Both the position numbers and the translations under genes were made by a program. This document shows, one piece after another, positions 12,546 through 25,599 of a stretch of DNA of 64,000 nt. Position 1 is the first letter of the stretch. Each line of letters begins with the position of its first letter. Source of the DNA: Octopus vulgaris (lineage: Eukaryota). The stretch covers positions 111,972,001 to 112,036,000 of the forward strand of contig OX597816.1 in the NCBI GenBank assembly GCA_951406725.2, given 5' to 3'. The notes under the pieces were generated by a model, which saw nothing but the letters and a program-made list of their open reading frames with translations, did no database searches and had not been told where the DNA came from.

Positions 12546-13094
12546 TGGTAAATATGTACTCTACTAAAAACATTTGAGTAATCCTTCCACTCAACTTTAA
12601 ATTGTTTATATATAACATTTGACATAAAAGCAAACATATGTATTTATACATGTATGTATATATACATGTGTGTGTATGTTTTATGTGTTATATATATATG
12701 TTTGTGAGCGTGTATAAATATCAATATAAATAGATTAATACATAGTTATATATGTTATATAAATGTACAAATTAATATATACATAAGTATACATGTGTGT
12801 GTGTATGTGTGTATACATTATATATATATATGAGCATGGCAAAGCTGGTACTTTCATACTCTGGAAATTACACTTACATTATAAAACACCTGATATACCC
12901 ACAGAAATTTTTTTAAATTACATACAAGAATAAGCTGTAGGGAATGACAAAAGGACCACATGCTAGGATGGGACATGCGAATGCATACAGATAGGGAGAT
13001 TAAGAAATATCATTCAGATGTTATCATTAAGAGCCATAAGATAGAAAAATAAATTCCACTGAACAGTGCATCAATTTCAAGAGAATTTCTAAAC

Positions 13095-13500
13095 AACACG
13101 TAGAAACTATCCAAATATGAATATCTAGGAACTGAGATAACCATGATGTGGGGATTGAAAAATCTAAAATTTCCATAATAATAGGTGCACTGAGAATTAA
13201 AAAAAAAAAACTATTAACAATAATGATAATATGAAGAAGAAGAAGAAGAAGAAGAAGAAGAAGAAGAAGAAGAAGAAGAAGAAGAAGAAGAATATAAGCA
13301 TAAAAGTTATTTAAAAAATTACAAATATAAATCAAAATTTCAGGACTTTCATACATAACATGCACAAAATATCACTGTTGGGCACTGTATATTTATCATG
13401 TAGAGTACTCACTACATGATGGATAATGCAAAAACAGAACACAGCATGTACCTGGGGCACACAAAGCTGCACTCAGTTGTGCAGCGAAAACATGCAATAA
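13095..13500 (+). mobile_element. Decayed Dong/R4-like LINE 3' end with an internal (GAA)n at 13233-13291
   Basis: ataataggtgcactg and aacatgcacaaaatatcactgttgggcactg match the 3' end of the element at 59965-60414. Followed by (TAA)n-rich sequence. Confidence 0.6.
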
Positions 13501-15874
13501 ATATAAAGAGAAATAATAGAAACTTAATAACAATAATGATAATAATAATAATGATGATGATAATGCTAATTGTTTCTAAGCTTCTTAAAATTTTCAGCAT
13601 CAAGAATTGCACTTCATTATATTTTATTAAAGGTAAACATGTTTCAGTTTTGTTTCTATGTTCCCCTTTGAGCGTTCATCATTGTTGTTGTCATTATCCT
13701 CACCATCATCATCATCATCGTCACCATCACCATCATCATCATTGTCATCTTCGTTATCATTATCACTTTCATAATCATAAGGGGTTTTGATATAAGGTAA
13801 ACTGTAAATATACAAACAAAATAAATACTAAATGCTGGTTGATTGGATTTTCTCACATGAATTTAATTGGAAATATTGTTGTTGTTGAAATGATTTAAAA
13901 AATAACACTTGATGAAGAAATACTTTTATTTTGTTTTCAAATTAATTGAGAATAAATTACAGATGGAATTTATAATTTATTTTTTGTTCTATTTTATTAA
14001 TTTTTTTCAGATTCATTTCTTGAAGAGAAATAATGAAAATGATATTTTTTTAATAAATGAAAAACAAAAGTAAAATGATCAGTAATATTTGTTTAACACA
14101 ATCATCTTTTATTAATGAACTAGATTCTCTAGGAGGTCTACATAATTAATTGCATTAACATTACACTTTCTAATTAATTAAGCTTACATATTGACAAAAC
14201 TTATTTCTTAAGGTACAATATTTTCATTCTCAATGAATAGCATTTAAAAACTGTTTATTTATTTATTGAAGTTGTTTACATTGTTTCTCTTCTTTTTATT
14301 TCTACGTTAACATCAGTTTAATAGACCTTCAAATTTAGAGTGTTTTCTGAATTTTGAAGTTGTATTTTATAGCTACTGGTTCTTTATGATTAATTTATCA
14401 TTTTTCAATGCTCCACCATGGCCAGTTATATTTATTTTAGTGCAAGACATTGTAAGACATGTAGTTTTTAAATACCATACAGAAGAACCTAGATTTCAAT
14501 TTGTAACTCTCATACAATAAATAATATTACTCTAGTTACAGAAAATTATATATTTTCCACATAAATTATAATAATTCATTTCCAAACTTTTAGCAACACC
14601 ATTTTGAAAAAGTTCAGCATATGAGTAAGATTGATAAAATAAGGAGTGGGGTCAATAAGATCACATAAACCTCTGAAGTTAAAGCCCTAATCTGGTCACA
14701 TTCCACTCACTGAAAACAAAACACTAAAAGAATGACTGAACATAAATATGCATATATGTCTATGTTGGTGTGTGTGTGTACATGTAAATATATATATACA
14801 CACACACAAACTTGGAAACTGTATAAGGAAAGTGATTTATGCAAGTAATAGTAGTAGATGTGGAAAAGAAAATCAGGTAAAAATCAGAGTATTGTCATTC
14901 TTACATTTAAAATTTGAGGTTTAATGACAGAAAAATATCCAAGTGCAAAATAAGATACAGTTGATTTTGTAATAATAAAAGCAAGGAAGATAATTTTCAA
15001 GAATGCAAAAGAAAATAAACTAAATTTAATTTTTGAATTAAAAGTAACAAGAATTTAAATCATATATATATATATATATATATATTATTCCATGAAGACT
15101 ATATCTGTTGTTTTGTTTTTCTGGGGTTTATTTTTTAAAATTTCCATCTATCACAAATATTTCCATTAACTTAAAATAGCATAATAATTCTGCTGAAGGA
15201 TGAAGAAAAAAACAAAACATTATAAAATTCGAGTTGCTTCCATCCATTTTCTTCATGGGGAATCACTACTCACAAGAAATAAACCAGATTAAATTTAGTT
15301 TATTTCTGAGAGTCTTTTATGAAATGAAACTTTTAAAATTTCAGTTGAACAATGTTAATGGTTTTCACAGGAAATCATTGCATTGAAATATTAGCAATAA
15401 TTAGGTGTTAGAAAATAAGCAAGAAAAGTTTTGATTAAAATTAGATAATAGGAATAGGCATATGCCTCATTTGAGATGTTAGTATAAAGTTTCGTTTCTG
15501 AAGTCAAGTAAAATAATCTAGATATAGCTGCAAGAAATGAAAATAAAAACCTTAACCAAATTTCTCAACCAAATTTCTCATTATTGATTATTAGTGATTC
15601 AATCACTCCCAAAATAATTTAGAGAGAGGATCTTAATTATTTACAAAGCAAACATAGTTCAATATGGTCACTGACATTTGATTCTGAGGAGGGCATATAA
15701 TTCTGATTGCCTCTCTGACATTTCACAGGTTTCATGATTGGCTAGCTAATGGTCATATAGGTGTATACAACTGTAACAGTATTTACTCCAACAAAAATTA
15801 CCCACTGATGATACCGTTGAAAATGGGTGTTAAGAGGTCAAATAAAAAAGAAAAGAATTTATAACAAGTGGACT

Positions 15875-16688
15875 TGGAGGGATTGCAATCCCAGAGGCAC
15901 AATCAGTGCGAGACCTGGGTATTTACATGAGTGATGATGCAACCTTTCATGTGCATGTTGCTAAATTGGCAATGAAATGTAGGCGGCTGACCGGATAGAT
16001 TCTTAGAACATTTAGAACAAGAGACCAGGAAACCATGATGGTCCTCTGGAGGACACTTGTCCTAAGCCACTCTGACTATTGCTCTCAGCTATGGTCACCA
16101 TCCACTGTCAAGTTAATCACAGAACTTGAGGTGATCCAACGAAGCTACACGAAGAAGATAGCCTCTGTGCAGCATATAAGCTATTGGGAAAGACTCAAGA
16201 GATTGAGACTCTATTCCTTAGAGCGTAGGCGAGAAAGATATGCCATAATATACATCTGGAAGATCCTAGAAGGACTTGTCCCAAACTTTGCCATCGAGAG
16301 TTACACAAATGCCAGAACTGGGCGCCACTGCATAGTGCCAAGGACTCCAAATTTGCCATCAAGATGTAGGACAAGATACTGTGATAGCCTGGGCTTCCGA
16401 GGCCCACAGCTCTTCAATATCCTCCCAAAGAATCTAAGAGACCTGCATGGAGTGGATGCAGATGTCTTTGAAATGAAACTGGATCTCTTCTTGTTAGGTG
16501 TCCCAGATGAACCAACTTCACGACAGGAGGTGCAGATGAGGGCAGCTGCATCGAACTCTCTCATGCACCAGATGGCAATTGCTAAAAAGCATTCGTGAAG
16601 TAAAATCATGTAGCAACACAAAATGGCGGTGCCCCAGCATGGCCACAGCTTGTGAGCTGAAACTAAATAAATAAATAAAATAAATAAA
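15875..16688 (+). mobile_element. 5'-truncated CR1/L2-group LINE (ORF2 C-terminus and 3' tail)
   Basis: VRDLGIY motif, then ORF 16035-16598 with DYCSQLWSP, LEVIQRSYTK, YWERLKRLRLYSLERRRERY and GPQLFNILP. (TAAA)n tail. Confidence 0.9.
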
Positions 16689-17317
16689 GTGTCTTGGCAC
16701 TAAATAAAAATAATAATGTATAATCCAGATTTAAGCACCTGGTAAAATATTTATATTCTGTCAAGAAGTAAGGTTCTTCATAGTTACCAAGAACTGATAA
16801 CAAAATATAATTTTTGTCTAAAATGAAACCAACTAAGTAACACAATTTATGGAAGTCCAACACACCAAATATCAAAGGTTGATGAATAGTGATATAGATT
16901 GTCTAATCCATCTGTTGCTTACTGAGTTTTAATGAACTTTTAATGTTGATAAAACAGTTAAATGCTAGAATCTGGTCAGCAAAATATAGACAAAATAATT
17001 TACTATAATTTTAGTAAGGTACATCACTCTCCTTGGCTAAAATATTTAAGGGCTGAGACATCATTTCCTACTTTTAGGATGATGTAGTGCTAACTGTAAT
17101 ATACTGGGCTTCAGTTACATACATCTACTCCATAAAATAGATTTTGAGCTTAGCTGTAAGAAATCGATATTTAACTATGATGGGAAATAAAAAACCAAAT
17201 CTTTGTTGTACAATGACGATGAATTGAATTGAAAATGAAACTATATTTGACATGTTGAGTTTTATACATAATCCCCAAGTATTTCATATGCTGCTGTTAT
17301 GCAAAAAGCTTACTCAC

Positions 17318-17425
17318 CAGGACTAACTGAGATATTTGCAACAACAGTGACAATAACAAAATCTGTGGATCAACATACTTGTTCTCAAACTGTTTTCCGT
17401 GATATATTTGTAAGCCATTTTCTTG
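17318..17425 (-). other. Candidate 108-nt exon, open in phase 0 (QENGLQIYHGKQFENKYVDPQILLLSLLLQISQLVL)
   Basis: Acceptor tttttttctttgtgtgttgcaatttgacag|CAAG and donor GTCCTG|gtgagt. No homology recognised. Confidence 0.45.
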
Positions 17426-18335
17426 CTGTCAAATTGCAACACACAAAGAAAAAAAGTACAACTCAATGGTAAAAATCAGGCATTAAATACAAGAAATTTT
17501 AAAAAAAAAAAAAAAAGAGAAAAATTATCAAACAAAAATATAACCTAAAATTTGTACTGAATGGCTGTTACATTATAATTAAGTCAGTGAAATTTTAGTG
17601 CTGGCACATCAAATGTATCTAAATCATATCTGCTTTAAAGAAAATATTTTTTAAACTTCCCAATTGACAGGTACCCAATAAGCATTCCTGTTCACACCAG
17701 GTGTTGTAAACCTATAATTCTCCATTAAATTCCACTAGAAGTATAATTTATGATCAACTTTATAATAAAATATAGTTTACCAACGAGTGATTGCATGCAA
17801 AAACAACAACTAATAAAAAACTAAAGATTGTGTTCAAACAGAGAATCAATCATTGCTCTCTTACAAGATGTCAATAAACAAGAAAGATTCCACTGACTGT
17901 AATAACGTAAAAAAAAATATATTAGTAAAATGATTGAGCAGAACATTTTTTTTTTTCCTTTCTCCAAATTCTACACAAGAAGTCAAGTTACAACTGATAG
18001 CATTTACATCTAATGATGTTGGGGAAAAGAAATATGGATGATGGTGATCATGATGATGATAGGGATAAGTATAATAATGAGAAGAATGATGACAAAGAAA
18101 ATGTTGACTTTGACATTCGAAATATCTGCTTGTAATTGCTCAGCCAGAAGCTAAATGTTGAATCAAAGAAACTTCTTCCATCCTGGCATAATGCAGTAAC
18201 ACTTACTACTACAAGAAAAATGGTAAAAAAAGTATTTTGACTTTACTTACTGAATATGTAAAAAAAAATTCCTTCAAATCACACCCTACTATCTCTTAAA
18301 AAAAAAGAGAAAATGGAGGGACATACTGAATAATG

Positions 18336-19600
18336 TATTGGGTTGGAAGTTAAGTTCCCACTGTTTTTTTAAATTTAAATTTTTTTAAAGGTTTAATAAA
18401 AATAACTAATTACTCAATAATGTATTCACCCTTGTTGTTTACAACTTCTTCCCAATGTTCAACAAGATTTTCAATACCTCGTTGGTAGAAATCCCATGAT
18501 TTCAGCTCATAAAATTGATCCAACCAAGCTCTCAATTCTGCATTAGTATTGAACAAAACTGCACGCATAGCATTTGAAAGAGATCAAAGGAGGTGGAAAT
18601 CTGGTGGTGCCAAATCAGGAGAGTACGGCAGGTGTGGCAGCACTTCCCAGCCATGCTTTTGAATGGCTTCCTTGGTCATGTTGGCAATATGAAAGTGGGC
18701 GTTGTCGTGCAGCAGAACTCCATGCTGCTGATTAGGTCTTTTCTCTTGAATAGCCATATTGAGTCATCCCATCTGTTGAACATAGAGTTCCGTGTTGATT
18801 GTTTGGTTCCGTTCAAGCATTTCATAATGGATAATCCCTTTCCAGTCCTTCCATACGCAAAATATTGTTTTACATGGATGAAGATCTTGTTTCACACATG
18901 GTGTCATTTGCTTACCAGGGCTAAGCCATTCCATACGGTGCTTCATATTGAAGTACAGGCACCATTTTTCATCACCAGTAACGATTCGGTAAAAAAATCT
19001 TTGCCTGTGTCCATGAACTGAGCAGTGACAAGCAAGCAAACCAGCGGAGATTGTGGCTCGTTGAGTTTTGTTGTTGTCACTTAAAGCATGCGGAACCCAT
19101 GCTCCATACTTCTGAATCTTTCCCATCGAGTGAAAATGCTTCTCTATAGCAGTGTCTGACCATTCTCTTGTCATTTGATGAGAATTTTCCTGCAAATTTT
19201 GGTTTAAAAGCTCTTCATTGAACTCAACTGGATGGCCAAAACAAGGTGCATCTTTGAGGTCAAAATTACCATTTTTGAACTTGGCATACCAATCACGAGT
19301 GGTTCTTTCAGCTATGGCACCCTTTTCATACACAGCACAAGTGTCACAAGCAGCTTTGTGGCTTTAGAACCTTGATTAAAAGCCAAAAGAAGGAGGTGTT
19401 GAAAATGCTTGTTTTTCTTAACTTGACATTCCATTTTAATGATCAGAAAATAAACAAAAATTAGCTAAAATTAACTAGAAAAAAAAAAAACAAAATAGAT
19501 TCCAAAATGATTCAAAAATAGAATTCTTGTAAAAAATAGATTCCAAAATTTAAAAATGCAATAAATTCCAAAATTTAAAAAAACGGCGGTAACTTAAATT
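18336..19600 (-). mobile_element. Mariner (DD34D) DNA transposon, decayed, inserted in an older repeat
   Basis: TA-ttgggttggaagttaagttcccactgttttttt at the left end. Partial inverted copy aaaaaaacggcggtaacttaa at the right end. Confidence 0.92.
18410..19434 (-). pseudogene. Mariner transposase pseudogene
   Basis: MECQVKKNKHFQHLLL start, then WVPHAL, IVTGDEKW, LHDNA and YSPDLAPPDF motifs. Frameshifted. Confidence 0.9.
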
Positions 19601-19954
19601 ATTCATAAGGACAAGACAGGGTGGTCATGGCCAGAAATCCTTTGCTTATGGATCTCTTCAATCAACATTGGTCTAGAGTTAAACAGCATCATCATAGCGA
19701 TTATTAGTTCATTACTGACTCAAAACAAATACCATAATGGTAAATACGTCCTTCTAATTTTCAATTAGGGAAATGTGTGTAGTCTGAGGTAAAAAATTGA
19801 GAAACTACTGTATGGATAACACAAAGGTAGGGAAATCTCAATCAAATATACAGGCATAAATGGTCATATATTTACAAGCTACAGATTGCAAAAAGATTCT
19901 TGCATATGAATGTAGACAGTTATATACTAAAGTGCTGATCATTTAAGTGGATGA

Positions 19955-20310
19955 AACTTGTGGAAGAGGGTGACCCAGGAAGACATGGGACAAAGTATTG
20001 AAAGCTGATCTCAAAACACTGAGCCTGATGAAGGAGATGACTAAAGATCAAGATATCTGGCATATTGCTGTACTCAAGAAAACTTGTCTGCTACAGCAGA
20101 ATTGATACTAGTGCCAGTGTCACAAAAAAAGCACTTGTGCTGGTACAATATTAAAAGCACTCGGTACGCTTTATGGCATGGTTGGCATTAAGAGAAGCAT
20201 CCAGCTGGAGAAGCCTTGCCAGAACAACCAGTGCAGCCTGGTGTGGCCACAGGCCTTTTCAGCTCTGGCCAGGCCATCCAACCCATGCCAGCAAGAAAAA
20301 CTGATGCTGA

Positions 20311-20342
<32 letters not shown>
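19955..20342 (+). mobile_element. RTE 3'-end fragment
   Basis: gacccaggaagacatggga (RPRKTW) followed by the RTE 3' UTR and (GAT)n. Confidence 0.8.
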
Positions 20343-21060
20343 CAGAGGCACTTAAACAAATGTAGAAATATTTTGAATATATGCATTCCAAGGTAAGCTG
20401 TCTGAATATGTAAAGTAAGCAATACCTACCCAGACTAAAACAATAAATAGAAATATACATATACAATGCATATTGTATATGTAATACAGTTTATTCACAT
20501 CCATATGCAGGTACAATGTAATCAGCTTATTTTATTCCTATAGAGGTATATATGCATCACTTGCATTACAGAATACTTCATTCCTGAAAATCTTGCCATA
20601 ATGCTGAATATAGTAATGTGAAACGAATTTCCTCGTCGATTTCCATATTATAAATTTGGAAATATTCCAACGGAATTTTTTGGAAAAATCCCACACGTAA
20701 TGCAACAACTTTTATGCATGAAAATAAGAATTTTAAGTACAATGTGTAGCTGTCGCTACATGGTTAAGGATTTTGCTTTCCAACCATGTTGTTTTGAGTT
20801 CAGTCCCACAGTGTGGTACTTTGGGCAAGTGCCTTCTACTATAAGCCTAGGCTGATCAAAGTCTCGTGAGGAGATGTCATAGATGGAAACAGAAAGAAGT
20901 TCCATCATATAAACAGATATATATATATATATTTATATATATATATATATATATATATGTAGAGAGAGAGAGAGAAAGAGACAGAGTGAGAGAGAGACAC
21001 AAAGAGAGAGTGAGAGAGAGAGACAAAGAGACAGACACACAGACAGACAGACTAATAGAT

Positions 21061-21234
21061 AGGCTTGGGCATGCAATGTGATAAGAAGTTTCCTTCCTAA
21101 CCACATGGTTCTGGGTTCAGTCCCACTGCATGGTACCTTGGGCAAGTGTCTTCTACTATAGCTTTGGGCTGACCAAAGCCTTGTGAGCGAATGAGAACAT
21201 AGAAACTGTATGAATCTCACTGTATGTGTGTGTT

Positions 21235-21280
<46 letters not shown>

Positions 21281-21545
21281 AGTGAGTATATAAAGGCAAA
21301 ATAAGGTGGAAAAAATAGTACGCAAATATTGGAGGTAGAGTATTAGACTTTTTATATATATATTCATAATGCCTGTGTCTGTGCGTCGTTGGTTCTGTGT
21401 TTGCCCCTCATCACTGCTTGACAACTGGTATTGGTGTGTTTATGTCCCTGTAACTTGGCGGTTACAGGTGTCGAGTCTTTCAACTGTTTAAGGTAGTGCC
21501 CCTGCATAGGAGCAGTCTAATGCCCAAAACAAGTAAAAAATAAAA
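21061..21545 (+). mobile_element. SINE family A (diverged); a partial copy also lies at about 20745-20910
   Basis: Head, CORE-like segment, internal (TA)n and tail. Confidence 0.8.
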
Positions 21546-21608
21546 GATAAGATATATATATATATATACATATATACACATATTTACATACATAAATAGC
21601 TGTATATA

Positions 21609-21639
<31 letters not shown>

Positions 21640-22164
21640 ATGCATGTATAATAATTCTTACACCCTGCAGTGCTGTCAGCACAATGGGCAACAAACCTTC
21701 TCCAAACATCCTGACAGTTCATTTTCCTCTTACTTCCTCTCAGGCCAACTCCCATCCCTATCATATCATCCCAAAATATACTATGCAACACCTTCCTTGG
21801 TTTTCCCTTTTTCCTCCTTCAGGCATTCACTCCATCCCAAGTGTAACATGTTTCTCCTGCAGTAATCAAAGTACATGACCATTAAACTGTATCTGCCACT
21901 TAGTCACAATATCTTTCACATTTCCCATGCCAGCCCTTATCTCTTTATTGCTCACTAAGTAGCAGTAAGAGATGCCCAGGCTTGAATTTAGGTAGTATCA
22001 ATAAAACATGACCAGCAATCGAGAGATCCTCAGTCTTTTTCCAGGTTTCACAGACAACGATGGCTATTGCAAAAATCATATATATCTATATATATATATA
22101 TATATATACGTTTTTAAATGTTTGTTGTGCAAGATTTTTTATGTGAAGTCGTGTGTTGAAACAG

Positions 22165-23114
22165 ATATTGTTATATTTCGGAATGGTCATATTGCCAGTT
22201 TAGCCAATAAAAACACACGCACTATATATTTGGTGTTATTTTGCTTCATTGTTATTTATTTTTTACATTAATCTTAATCCTATTTCGGCCAGAGTTCTTT
22301 CGTCACACTCCTGTGACCGCATCAGTGGTTCTTTGTTTTCTTCTTTCTTATTTGTGTCTCTCCTTACTAACCATCAGCCATTTTGTATTTCTATTGTATG
22401 TCTTCATTTGTGCATGCTTATATCTCTATGTGCGTTTATGTTTATTTAGTGTGTGTATGTGGGGGATGCCTGTAATATTTGTATCTTCTGTTTATATATG
22501 TTCATGTAATTTGTATTTTGTATTTTGTTTTTGTTGTTTTTGTTTATTCTTATTTTGAGTTTACATCCACTTATTATTTTCATTACATATGCTTGTATGT
22601 ATAACAATACTAGTAATAATAATAATAGTTATATATTTTTTTTTTCGATTCGATTTATTATTATTATTACTAGTATTGTTGTTATACATACAAGCATATG
22701 TAATGAAAATAATAAGTGGATGTAAACACAAAATAAGAATAAACAAAAACAACAAAAACAAAATACAAAATACAAATTACATGAACATATATAAACAGAA
22801 GATACAAATATTACAGACATCGCCCCACATACACACACTAAATAAACATAAATGCACATAGAGATATAAGCATGCGCAAATGAAGACATACAATAGAAAT
22901 ACAAAATGGCTGACGGTTAGTAAGGAGAGACACAAATAAGAAAGAAGAAAACAAAGGACCACTGATGCGGTCACAGGAGTGTGACGAAAGAACTCTGGCC
23001 GAAATAAGATTAAGATTAATGTAAAAAATAAATAACAATGAAGCAAAATAACACCAAATATATAGTGCGTGTGTTTTTATTGGCTAAACTGGCAAAATGA
23101 CCATTCCGAAATAT

Positions 23115-23122
<8 letters not shown>
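22165..23122. repeat. ~960-bp palindrome: arms 22165-22627 and 22656-23122, ~28-nt spacer; probable inverted Penelope-like termini
   Basis: The arms are near-exact reverse complements (atattgttatatttcggaatgg ... ccattccgaaatataacaatat). The ORF track shows mirrored ORFs (22241+ / 22777-). Flanked by (TA)n. Confidence 0.95.
22956..23000 (+). ncRNA. Minimal type I hammerhead-ribozyme-like motif with a non-canonical core (mirror copy on minus strand at 22287-22331)
   Basis: GGACCA-CUGAUGC-G-GUCACA(GGAG)UGUGAC-GAAA-GAAC-UC-UGGCC: stem I, core, perfect 6-bp stem II, GAAA, 2-bp stem III. A9 is replaced by C. Confidence 0.5.
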
Positions 23123-23155
<33 letters not shown>

Positions 23156-23439
23156 AAATCGTGTCGTTTTTCTACTATATATATATATATATATATATAT
23201 AAATTATAATATTTTTTTAATTTACTTAATCTTTACTTTTTAATTGTTATTTTAATTTTAACTTTTCTATTATAAGTAATTTTCTAGATGGTGTAATTTA
23301 ATTATTCGTGTTGAATTGATAAAAGATGTTTTTTTTTCTAATATTTTATATATATATATTATATTGTGTGAAATTTGATTTAGTATTTCTAAATTGAATT
23401 CTTTTTCCTTGTAAGTTTAGATTTTATTCCCTCAAATAA

Positions 23440-23513
<74 letters not shown>

Positions 23514-23549
23514 CACAGGAGTTGCCGGGTGGTAAGTAGTTTGCTTACC

Positions 23550-25599
23550 TTTGTTGGAGACAGACGTGTTTTTTGGGCCGAAGAGTTCTTGCTGCTTGAT
23601 GTCACGTCTTTCGTCGTGAAATATTGAAATTTGAGGCTTGACTACAGGTAGGCGTTTGTTGTATTTTTTTTAGGGCTTAGTGGAGTTTGTTGCCCTGTAT
23701 TTAATATTTTAGTGAGCAACAGTCACCACTCTGCTCCGGACATTTGCCTGCCTGTGGTTGTGTGTAAAGACTCACTTTGCAGTGAGAATTGTGTTTTTGA
23801 GGAGGCGTAGCCCCTCCAAAAAAATTAATTTGTTTGCGAAAATTGTCTTTGTGAATTTCCACTGGATTACCAAGGAGTACCAAGGCAGTAAGAACTATTT
23901 TTGTGACTGGAGTACTTGTATTATTACAGAGTTGCGGAATTGTGTTGCCTTGTATTGAACTGTCTTCTTTCGTTCTTTTTTTCTGCTCTGTCTTTCCGTT
24001 CTTCTTTCGTGTTTATTACTGAACTTTTATTTAGAACATTTGAACTTTTGTTGAACTCTTTTTTGTTTCTTTGTGGTTTTAAATCCTGGCAACAAAGAAA
24101 ACCACTGTGCTGGAGTGGGAAATTATGCCCTCCAAGCAGTGGATAGAGGACCGGAAATGAGAGAATGGTGGTGTTGAGGACATACTCCAAGTCACTCGAC
24201 ACCATCACTGTGTTCTCTCAGGACGAAATTGAAAAAGAGTTGGCAGAATACCTACCAACTATCAAGTATATTGCAAGGGATGTCAAATTTGCAACAGTGT
24301 GGTTACTGTTTGACACCCCTAAAGAGGCTAGCTTGTTTACTAGTCAGCCCCTGGAAGGGGAAAAATTTTTGTTTCTCCCTACATATCGGGAAAGGAAATT
24401 GACAAGAGGCTGGGTGAGTGGGCTGCCACCCGGAATAGAGCCTGAGTGGATAGAAGATACTATCCGCTGGGGTCTGGGTGGCAGCGGAGCCAAGCTCTTG
24501 AAGGTTAGAATGCTTCCTGTGGCTGATTAGGTGGGGTCAAAAGCAATTTTGACCCTATGGACCCAATCAGCCAAAGATCTGGTCTTCCCAGACTTTCTAA
24601 AGATGGCAGGTTCTAGTTATCCGGTGACTCTTGAGGGATGCCCTTCGCCCAAGTGTCACCTGTGCCTGAAATCGTGTCACATCAAGAGGAAGTGCCCCAA
24701 CAACTATGCAAGGGCACTGTAAAAATTAAGAGAGGAGGATGTTTTTCCTCCAATGGAGCTTCCTGAGCATATAAAGGAGGAAGGTGTAGAAAAAGTCGAG
24801 GAGGAGGTAACCCCCTCAAAAGGAAAAAAAAGAAAGAAGGTGGACAACAATGGTTGTCCACCGATGGATCCTGTGAAGGCGGGAGGGAAGGAGGGACCTA
24901 CCAACAAACTGGAGGAACCTCACTCTCCCGACGCGAAAAAGGGGGAAAAAAAAGAAAAGAAAGAAAAATGGGGCATTGCCGGCAGTTGCTGGTGCACAGG
25001 TGGCATGTTCCGAAACCCCTTCAGTGGAACGTGAGCCACCGGAGGTGGGGAAGAAGAAGGCCCCTCCCAGTGGAAATGTTGATGAACATGTCATCTTCTA
25101 TCTCAGGGGAGGGGCTGTAGAGAACTATATAGAAAGTTCCTTTGATAGTCAGGACCTAATAGACTCGACTTGTCTTCCAGAGTGGCCTCCGCAGGTGGCT
25201 GCTTGGGTACTGGAAGAAAGAAACCTTTATCACATAATGGACTCCTTCTCAAAGGAAGAGTATAGATCATGTGTAAAGGACCCCCACTTGCGGTTGCTGG
25301 AATGCCTGCAGGAGGCAAAAAAGTTTATTAAAGACTCATTGATGTAATTGTTTTCAATTGTAATGGATATTTTTGCCCATAAAAGTGTGACATATTGTAA
25401 GAGGGTTAATACCTCAGTTAGTATTTATTTTTTTGAAAAAAAAAACAATGTTTTAGAGACGCAAAAGTTGGTGGGCGCTTTTTGTCTTCTCCCATCCTTA
25501 TAATCCTCATATCATTATCATTCACCTCATTAATGTCCTTGTCCAGCCTGCAAGCTACCATACACTATGTACTGCCTTTATGGCAAATTCGATAAAATA
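23550..25599 (+). mobile_element. ORF1-only (HAL1-like) non-autonomous L1/Tx1-type retroelement
   Basis: 16-bp TSD aagtagtttgcttacc (23534-23549) / aagtagcttgcttacc (25600-25615). ~600-bp 5' UTR, one gag-like ORF, 3' UTR ending gataaaata. No endonuclease or RT sequence. Confidence 0.75.
24165..25347 (+). pseudogene. ORF1/gag-like protein with a CCHC zinc knuckle, disrupted
   Basis: ORFs 24165, 24531 and 24753 are in one frame separated by single stops, with a frameshift into 24976-25347. Motifs VSGLPPGIEPEWI (RRM-like) and PKCHLCLKSCHIKRKCP (C-x2-C-x4-H-x4-C), then a Lys/Glu/Pro-rich linker. Confidence 0.8.

Noticed and set aside
13416-13856. His-rich and Asp-rich ORFs (also 8915-9230)
   Set aside because: (CAT/GAT)n microsatellite translations with no splice or homology support.
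16035-16598. Host gene of 187 aa
   Set aside because: It is the C-terminus of a CR1-group ORF2, with an upstream in-frame stop and a LINE tail.
18410-19434. Domesticated (SETMAR-like) transposase gene
   Set aside because: Frameshifts and deletions, retained TIR, and no SET exons.
22241-23046. Pair of mirrored hydrophobic ORFs
   Set aside because: By-product of the palindrome and its T-rich composition.
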